In this document: positions 61,501-64,000 of the stretch, one piece after another
How the letters are laid out: the number at the start of each line of letters is the position of its first letter
How positions within the stretch are numbered: the stretch's first letter is position 1
NCBI GenBank assembly: GCA_963668645.2
Contig: CAXXWC010000003.1
Location: 192,001 to 256,000, forward strand
Direction: 5' to 3'
DNA: 64,000 bases
From: Desulfobacterales bacterium
GTDB lineage: Bacteria > Desulfobacterota > Desulfobacteria > Desulfobacterales > UBA2174
Notes under the pieces: model-generated
Told to the model about the DNA's origin: nothing
Database searches by the model: none
Seen by the model: the letters and a program-made list of their open reading frames with translations, nothing else
Position numbers and translations under genes: made by a program

Positions 61501-64000
61501 CGGGGCGAACTGCAAGTCGTCGTTAAGAGTGTCCTCGTAAGCCTGGAGGATGACCTCGCCTGTGGCGGTCAGCACGATATCCCCGGCTGCCTCGGCGCTA
61601 TCCTCGGTGCTGTCCGTATACCCCGCGGCGATCTTGCCCTCGGCCGAGACCGCGATGTTCCCCTCGCTGACGCCTTCGGTGCCGGCGCTGACCTCCACAT
61701 CGCCCCTGGAGATGATCTCGCCGCGCACCATCACGTCATACTCGGCATCCAGTCGCACCAGAGACGGATCGAGCAGGCCTTCGGTCCGATACTCGCCCTG
61801 GACCTGGACCGTGCCGTAGACGCCGATGTTCTCGCCGATCAGCTCCACCATCCCCTGGGCCGCTACCAGGGCACGGAAGTAGTAGATCTGGCTGCGGGCG
61901 ACATAGACGTTGCCGTCGTCGCCCGTGCCGGTGGCTTCCAGACGGGTTACGGAATACGGATCGCGGGTGATGATCACGCTTTCGCCCATGGCCCAGACAT
62001 TGAGGCCCTGCACCTCGATCAGATCCCGGGCGTTGGTCAGGGCGTCGCCCCAGAAATAGACTTCGTCGGGCGTGGTGATCTCGACTTGGATGACATCCAC
62101 GGCGGCAAGCGGCGCGTCGCCGTCATCCAGATACACCTTGCCCACCATCCCGTAGATCTCGATCCGCTTGCCGCCGGTGATGGTGATGGTGCCCTCGGGG
62201 CCGGTGGTGTTGAGCACCCCGCCGCTTTCACGTGCCGGCAGACCGACCAGGATCGGCCCGCTGGTGGCCATGAACCCGGGCCCGGGCTGGATGCTGCCGA
62301 TGACCACCGGCTCACCGCCGTAAACCGGGTCCTCGATGGTGCCCGGATCGGCGACCGGCACCCCTTGGGCCTCGACCGGATCTTCCAGGCTGGTCAGGGG
62401 CACACCCGAGGCGTCAACGAACTCGCCGCGGTAATTGATCAGGACGTATTGGCCGCCTTCTTCCACGATCAGTTCACCGGCGTCGCTGACCAGATTTTGG
62501 TAACGATCGGTGAGATAGAGGGTGCCGCCGATGTCAACGGTGCCTCGCATGGCGCCCACGCCGTTGAGCGGATCCGCGCTGCCGTCGATCAGCAGACCGT
62601 CCTGGTTGATGCGATAGCCTTCGGCGTCGATGAGGGTCACGTTGTCGGCGGCGATAAGATTGCCGTAGATGTCGATCTGCCGGCCGTAGGCGTCGATGGG
62701 ATCGCCGCCGGAATTGACGAAGTTGCCGTAAGCGTCGATAAGATAGCCGAACGCGTTGACCAGGACCCCGCCCACGCCCAGCAGAATACCGTCGGCGTTG
62801 ACCACCATCCCGTTCTCGTCGAGCAGTTGCCCGATTTCGTCCACCCGGAAATAGCGTCCGGCCTCCTCCACCAGGGCATAGCCTTCCTTGTCCACCAGAA
62901 CCGGATTGTCGCTTTCGTCATAGGTGACGTAGACCGCCCCTTCACCCAGCACCGGGTAGCCGTTGGCGCCGATGACCTGGAACGGGTTCCCGTCGCCGTC
63001 CACCAGGACGTTGCCCAGGTTATCCTGCTCCAGCAGGAACCCAGAGGCATCGATGGGCTGGCCGAAAAGATCGATGGTGAACTCGGCCGTACCGGCGGTG
63101 GCCCCGTACAGGGTGGAAAAGGCGGCGCTCAGGGTTTCGTAAAAGAGCTTGTCCACCACCACGCTCACCGCTTCGCCGGACAGGGTGTCGGCACCGGTAA
63201 GCGTCAGGGCGCGGCCCGCTTCCACGTAGCCGCTGACTTCGAGCAGCCCGGCGCCTGAATCGAGGGTCACATCGGCATCTGGATCGATGGCCTGGATCAC
63301 CCCCTCGATGGTGATGCCCCGCTCGGTGGTGACCGTGATGTGACCCGATGCACCGCCGGTGGGCATGTCGATGGGCGCGGCATCGGTCTTGATAAAGCTC
63401 GATGCGTTGATTTCGAAGAACGGTGCCAGCCCGCCGCTCACCAGGACGGTGATGGGTCCGGTGGCCTGGGCCGATCCGCCCCTGACAATGGTTTCACCTG
63501 CCGTATCGGCCAGACCGAGAAGCAGATCCAGATCGGTGGCGCCGTTGACGTCCTCGCCGCCGAAGCGGACTATCTCGCTTGCCGCGATCTCGATGGCGGC
63601 ATCCGCGGCCGGCGAGGTTTCCCAGTCGATACCCGGATCTTCACCCATCAGCACCCGGCCCGGTTGGCCGCCGGCGTAGAGGCTGCCGAGGATCTCCACC
63701 GATTCGGCCTCCACGCAAATCAGGCTTCCCGCATGGCGTACGATGATCTCGCTGGCGTTTTGCACCTCGACAGTGCCCGGGGTCACCAGCTGGATCAACC
63801 CGGAAGCCACGATCTGGGCACCCAGTGGATAGGTCTCGCCTTCGGCCAGGTCCGGGCTGGTGTCCTCGTCCGTGCCGTCGGCGCCTTCTGTTCCGGTGCC
63901 GCCGTCGATGGTGATCTGCGGCGCCTCGATGTGCACCCGCTCGTCGCCGCCGTCCACAAAGGTGCGCGTCTCGGTGATGAAGTGGAAGGTCTCCAGACCG
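43501..64000 (-). CDS. Giant multidomain surface protein/adhesin (>6830 aa, 5' end beyond window)
   Basis: Frame stays open to base 64000; acidic; beta-helix-like repeats, C-type lectin, coiled coil, 7 FG-GAP repeats, cadherin/Ig-like (DLLANDTDPD), cohesin-dockerin-cohesin, PKD (WGDG..H.Y). Confidence 0.93.
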   Translation of the reverse strand, partial: GLETFHFITETRTFVDGGDERVHIEAPQITIDGGTGTEGADGTDEDTSPDLAEGETYPLGAQIVASGLIQLVTPGTVEVQNASEIIVRHAGSLICVEAESVEILGSLYAGGQPGRVLMGEDPGIDWETSPAADAAIEIAASEIVRFGGEDVNGATDLDLLLGLADTAGETIVRGGSAQATGPITVLVSGGLAPFFEINASSFIKTDAAPIDMPTGGASGHITVTTERGITIEGVIQAIDPDADVTLDSGAGLLEVSGYVEAGRALTLTGADTLSGEAVSVVVDKLFYETLSAAFSTLYGATAGTAEFTIDLFGQPIDASGFLLEQDNLGNVLVDGDGNPFQVIGANGYPVLGEGAVYVTYDESDNPVLVDKEGYALVEEAGRYFRVDEIGQLLDENGMVVNADGILLGVGGVLVNAFGYLIDAYGNFVNSGGDPIDAYGRQIDIYGNLIAADNVTLIDAEGYRINQDGLLIDGSADPLNGVGAMRGTVDIGGTLYLTDRYQNLVSDAGELIVEEGGQYVLINYRGEFVDASGVPLTSLEDPVEAQGVPVADPGTIEDPVYGGEPVVIGSIQPGPGFMATSGPILVGLPARESGGVLNTTGPEGTITITGGKRIEIYGMVGKVYLDDGDAPLAAVDVIQVEITTPDEVYFWGDALTNARDLIEVQGLNVWAMGESVIITRDPYSVTRLEATGTGDDGNVYVARSQIYYFRALVAAQGMVELIGENIGVYGTVQVQGEYRTEGLLDPSLVRLDAEYDVMVRGEIISRGDVEVSAGTEGVSEGNIAVSAEGKIAAGYTDSTEDSAEAAGDIVLTATGEVILQAYEDTLNDDLQFAPAYITYEPVYVDVVTGYRRVEAGFVLQPVVHWIPTITTEQTGFDDVKVGSEFGSVETRLFQDGYYKVGFGMVDLNPDYGASPDLAAYWLKTVGPIDCTAVNRVWTALSPATRSMLLGYTYPNEPSTALKQALIDDFNTIVASGVSLYDAAAFESGVTLSGEANALLAKDELSGVELARLNRVLIQDTVYGVGELAKADQFREYFIPGVDYTVADLDWPGKEDPWQQAIFVGWLNDGLGRWVNPEDMDIEAIIIRQLVEQVVNYRVPVDPDVPYVQAGGISQTVMETAVSELFIQSMPQLFVTEQIGGMSQMAFEEAVAQVSAQSQWYNEKTFMDVSNMIHAQEGEWKEWDDLTDTERINAILDFLGYEKLFDMQFISAFEKTVTVGEEDDPIIIATLPSIYDLVDGLQKADALASGMTFVQNAGMQFKTAADGVISQAAAGSVLTEISDGVWAFSETDAASPTFEGLVIDNQFVAGVWVNDVFHVTQVAMADIASILDMEVYTYTVTKHYFDFWFSEFVPFDPAVHWNHDLYDTEAEAARAHFLPPTEMLNEAFAGITPATLQAELDTLDPNQTVPEDLFVDGELAMSAEYAAEFAEIVRSDYAIDGQYMTREVARAVYNLIQDAIAAIADDFFIAGVDYDWRLSNPDENLYIASFFEREDTILSSDLAGDRWDKIYSATEGLGRINRNYEGVPTATFWDLDFSDAQRDVVYYELDDGTDIFLRVPVEWWENYEMTTLGNDRSDPDDKTLQYVGDVNTYDETVGYARNVAQLEYTQAWSGHQLESEPADPSPGDWWRMLDYDQSQARYIVTYREDPHSAWTDEYTAFTQYSIFDGREISPTEPYVQQNFYIGLVQLMYAVDSGVSMQALEDLALALGTDTLYLNDMQLANDLVYTLTEIDRSVKVEWMPADWDLGDAGTVRYTGSNGSGDFGDGVLWFEDGSGQLYRTLWGDYSRAGGADPMENAVAVGSSGGYSVFTGNNWNFGYDALGNAVFAQEDVGNGKLNVAQNGATLELVASDGTHWVSYVGKHQELSNHYYIKNNTLYTWAQAQAASPEHAHLVVINDEDENEFIADWIGSNSVWLGGYDVWGTSHETWYAFKWVTGETVYRTDEEVYTNFASGEPNDLNGEDHLMMWPGGTWNDLDGSSQIYAVWEVDPYWMDPEVNGETYEDFVYKLKTAWEPISDIRSDLTYRIFTEAHDIVDKRPRYETLTSEVPVIKFEQVTNWEYVPVTEQQLDWSGSAVTPDGPLDLGIFDLDTLSATGNITITAHGQVTVKAGIAASGEESAVYIESQTADVTVGEDMPVEPTIDDMITVSAVKSIEIIAAGDVTIGETATLTTTGDAVPVPGELDIAISTGEGAVTVEGEILGRHTIEISAATDATVTGIISAAGSTIEITAGQGTAVQGSVIVHRQATGDAVDQLDENSQRLSLGGTLETLGEGGRIELRAGDTAGDISLFDADVRTDTLVLSAPAGIIDQTSGEEPAQETDQPTGGGLLVAEDTLVVESLSGITLENVWAASIEAEVTGSGALQIDNVGFVLDEEGTPVWPEVVTLTEIRTAAGPITIAVITDNLIISDVASLSGADEDDITIGARGAGTGGVVVEIGEIYAAGDADVILTVEGTIVDPGTTIVADQATVEAFGDVGAPDAPLNTDVNALTLEISGNGNLYLYNSSADLTLTAVTLANGSLDITSNGDLYAQSIVLKTDWNTTGETPEANQIILRTVEGSGGTITVGEISGGTYAADDAEAAALRLALLNAQLSRIDLDGDPEADPVVAPIPLADIPAVLRDSLLDEEGNPILDYSENPQGDPVIGVHLEMDEAEDLAAIIAGALAAIGPEDDPYLLDEADFVTIDPLSPISGHVAFVLYTQLLDLLGVSYEASFMPDADPAWSQNRTEYVFSETTSLLGMTKGFTSQSKVTLDADGAIVGPGSESVGIVAGDVNLAAGQSITGLKMAVNSMSEILSTGDDTIDVADVDGIGELSPGAEVLNAQGGAITVSALNGLILNDAHSRGSEQGLTFKSSTGSIFVRETGSSLISEGGLNLEAAGNLTVTGHLVTPATLSFVAGGSLSTFGQQVLLEIGAISMDVGSSATLSGHVTGLSGIQIISGGNVNLADDTVQVGEDGELIEGRNGFNVYVQSVAEQQQVLQALQDNLRQQAQLAIDLAALERTVASLEIGQQDVLAILQDLYLGQVINLPYQVQAQQFRLQYENLQALLDIQAPLPDTIEEMTLDIGDGQILAYTDLVAQRQSLLQNIDTLQYQIEQNLLTIVNIAGDNAQYLTELDVVEDSIAVTGTYREDLGSLLAGVQSEMRLRQYTPPSGIGRLDEVRDIGSIAQTVDLKTLSNDQLGTLYLNLTALDGDVVQTLDSLNTQKTTLQLQIVENQGELATVEQTLGVVSDYLALNATLDRVNYLDWEILAGMDDMAYADLDARFCSLADYGDILTQAMNDFVADLTTGEFAETTYAGLESQYNDLGTEIGQIDTILDIVNGLIEQAQSGQVYYTQFDQDLRSLAEYSEYLASKGLLIDALGTELTAIVGYAPYGEIENDITLINSRLAALDQQFGNVAVRYIGDQRDYYDQVDYWLFRVDSFLRELNQKYIPSYITAPRFSETNETIEFNTREGYFYLPNDGKEVPWDYYNITDGPYGPAGWSLAELNDKDIWALSYSRMLELRADLLESWGKGNKSGEYYQSSGDLSFTYGWLREAGYSGELNPDLPQDFDGCMQAIDKLEPALAAAQADRDALIGHIDATWRRPNRFTPSLLDQQQTALQDYIDPLVVEKNTVETQMGQLANLLGQGQGLVGNEREELANLANQLQAQMNDFIVTYDYITQDIQAMQQLEQDLAADQTDYTAQRDTLINDNEGLQSQIALKQTDLQVLADYEEQMQFNLYVIVAQKWAERFDLYGVDLSAQQTEADILLLAQSLIVDQGAERFSNLADVFRANLAQNQAQATLLSGQLDSLKSEYLVLEQQLKTVQLAAPQTTSIMIQALGQQTTGGDPETEGVLVAQDPFSGFHLYQNTVTGQLYYRDVKGLTGATDPETGEPVYVEDNTDDAFYTWQVALEQNGGTWYYRDIMGTPDDQGDDRLYAVDLFGEVPAVVYPGEVSFFVRQLAGTTTTWHDEIRLDEDGKEQTIRRELTHDLFEVNDYHYPIIIASADPEAPNPLDADFSWDNVDVYVLDPVTLTAVGLADLLLQEEGIDWDEAVIVGPGESLSGDIEREDVLVQFTEFTPTYTRLSNGDFTFVDPVAEYTDKEYQPEEALPTLYTELIYNGQLVKPVEAVQDGFVNLEGISLSASGILNIIAPAGISGLNFGQAFTAREVHIQSEADLHISGSLLGVDLIQIETAGDLYLDQGALLNADTVELVSVAGSVFGAEGSLIAGDALVVDVFGEVAVYADMQQYVVENQAGNIWIDDGDYGIDQNGWDFTAGVERQDWQFSDKVVDLTYVVANGGAVTVAGGGTLRAQEVAGSNITLTAGGAGSIEVGALQVWASSITLDAARQIRPIAGVTASITGATEITALSGLDNLVSEELWALPEGSADLRPHLSVLIDDAYTGSFNIGEEVARDIIIDTIITATEGLYLYAPRNIIFTSNGAIDSTGGSVYLNAGKSLVLDPTAGTAAASGIGAPTIQAINVNLSAMTIVGGSSTLISADILAATAYNGFDLLAEVQQLHAQVQGPGDLKINARSSILLGGIDVMDGDLEVTSAGSIDARSVILRTDSYANRLLFSAAGQVSFGGSPVTRNQSLLDNNLSDAVSPALGSGNGTVSGVLVGQLVDVDIQAGAGFVSVGDQVVVEPSFVDEFIHTGQPTTIRVVVRDPGYSFLPTVDGKVEVEIDFGDGSPIQTLNLDYIAPEPLVWDEPSLVLEPHPGDLEWWLRHDMSDANSVAVGDLNNDGYDDIVVAESAYYYAETGTTGISRLVVYLGSADGLGAEPSMIISGFWADDQSFQSFARDIAVVPAGDVNNDGCDDVLVISPNQVVQIQRPVVMEDGSVAYETDSVEGAVFLFFGTEGAAAPAGLAGPVWRIDGLAASTPFRYSAVAAGDVNNDGYGDVLVGVPAADVVGRDPASGQFTTLVDAGEVQLYLGSSDGLTQSPVWTYQGQEADELVGTSVSAVGDLNEDGFDDVIVGAYRKGSMDGRVYVFLGTAAGLGSAPLQTLEAPNAGGFGWDAAGVGDINGDGSPDIIVSAPFQTQADPYVQELGAVYAYYGTAEGFDPTPQSIQVPQSAVSAWFGWDLAPAGDVNADGYDDFLVLAGAPEDGQGALGQALLYLGSADGVSPVTVQFPAGTARSIGFDDVPGTIGGGDFNADGYDDVVLGDWARYAFNDPSTISIYTGGPLSLPSPVIAQVEIQHTYYSAGIFTLSAGVSGAAATWSVGGTSDTVHGDPVASEDELVTDEDTSLTITPQDLLDNDSDPDLGDVLAIIAVDTTGLAGRLTYSDLTGAYVYSPDGQFEALAPGEQAYDQFTYTISDGTGGTSTATVTIVIQGRNEAPAAVDDTLNTDEDTPITFTAADLLANDTDPDSSDILTIVSIAPTDDTLGSLTDNGDGTFSYDPGGRYEWLLAGQSETDVFAYTISDASGALSTAMVTVYIDAVTPVLDDWHLSADSGADQSDRLTNDDTPTLIFTFIEPVYGQSSDLRILDTVGAQITASRIEGWGSDVLSVYFDTPLSSDGIYAVFLRATIVDQAGNAFNHGDNLGVQFFLDRAAPVETVDSVLASVSSPALTGTVDDPAARVTVTVNGIAYAAVNDGAGGWSLPAGTLSPALADGVYEVLAAANDQAGNCSVDETSNELTVDGTAPVVTIDFLEADDATPRLTGTVNDPAATIRVVVDDRVYTGVNNGDGTWTLPDDTISPALALGTYDVAVTAVDAAGNAGSDATVDELAVISDVPLLRVTEVVPFASGVTIFFNYPLDPERLNLYDTLRNTYGASDLTLVGETSGAVTGSLIYDAEARSVTFVRTGGVLADDAYTLTLSGAQDGFTDMLGNRLDGDGDAVGGGDYQATFTVAAGGVRLVSLPDFTRGPGQAVNLSATGTGIPVSLSDGTAIQSVAVVLVYDPTLLHVDQILKGANVPGGWSLVYDLSNPGHISITLSGKTPLAAGAVQLLDVRASVPVDAPYASAAVLSLETLKLNKGAIGGRTDSAVQVVAYLGDATGNQIYSGLDAAYIARVGGGLDPGFAAVYRMKDPVLIGDVTGDGSLSGLDAAYTARKAVGLSVPQIPDLAGILVPLADSSRDPLLGIPGELTAYRGDTLTVPLAILDNAAGLLAADIYLYYDTAVFDLGESEVHTGQLTEGWTVYAHVDEAAGRVIVSLFGLDVLAAGSTGSIAELDLHVRADAPYGATVLDLNEASQLNEGELVLTLEDGQATILAQNQAPVAGDDTFAVSEDQTLTISVAELLANDSDPDPGDTLSIVSVTTVETRGTLVDNGDGTFTFDPRQGFDNLIHGQSAAFVFTYTVADGRGGQDEGQGTITVTGTDDAPVISSLTVTPDPAPENSSVTLQGSFSDPDSTGAFVVTVVDWGDGSADETKVRPPGSTSFTFTHLYPDNVVGGYPISVQVTDDTGKSTTAQTLAAVDNVAPTADAGGPYTIDAGYALVLDGSGSDVSPADAAALQYAWDLNQDGDFSDALTAAPSVSWTVLKGLGLGRDGVYTIVLRVFDGDAYTEDETVLTINDLPVIDPVSPGSVDEGSLLSIQVNASDPNERGVTFSLDSGPAGAAIDAQTGLLTWTPADGPQTATVTVRATYNDAPSLFDTETVTITVNNVSPAPVIQGEAQAFGGQVYELSLSTTLDPGQDTIHRWTIDWGDGTVLEVSGDRDSATHTYATSPWDSDGDGDVDGIDALRFVRRYRLGEVDDNDLAFFASVFGHIGWEPYQVTITATATDEDGTYNADSLLVMVVEAVTATSAVVNSNLPAAADTQDETEEADPLPSVPSTDPVSGKVPTFWYIRMATTGTLFPSTGSAGMSADTTASLNPWQPAATTLNLMDADTEEESGDVAVWMVS

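Noticed and set aside
57223..63258. Long plus-strand ORFs (877 and 1126 aa) opposite the giant gene; similar shadows over korA/B, lepA and valS
   Set aside because: Typical stop-poor antisense frames of GC-rich genes, with no motifs

Overview
GC-rich chromosomal segment whose gene content (KorDABC, SelB, ThrH, DUF2333, IHF paralog) fits an anaerobic deltaproteobacterium/Desulfobacterota; this taxon is inferred, not shown. Most of 2.9-42.5 kb is housekeeping (hldE, thrH, hom, alaC-like, purM, tsaD, nagZ, mltG, korDABC, hemW, selB, rsmE, valS, nadC, lepA, leuCD, ndk) with four tRNAs (fMet, His, Arg-UCG, Phe). Accessory parts: (i) the edge of a likely island downstream of tRNA-fMet, with a WYL regulator, a four-helix-bundle/zinc-ribbon gene missing from the ORF track and a decayed toxin-antitoxin pair; (ii) an AT-rich islet between convergent tRNA-Arg and tRNA-Phe, with integrase and IS66 relics, a CBS histidine kinase, IHF and AbrB/VapC; (iii) a 690-bp non-coding region after leuD with a long inverted repeat flanked by direct repeats; (iv) the 3' 20.5 kb of a giant (>6830 aa, open beyond the window) surface protein with C-type lectin, long coiled coil, 7 FG-GAP repeats, Ig/cadherin/PKD and cohesin-dockerin-cohesin modules, followed by a small secreted cohesin+dockerin protein. 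Best candidates for new biology: this non-cellulosomal cohesin-dockerin pair, the post-leuD structured element, and a PopZ/RomR-like acidic protein upstream of valS. All domain calls are by-eye motif recognition; no searches were run.
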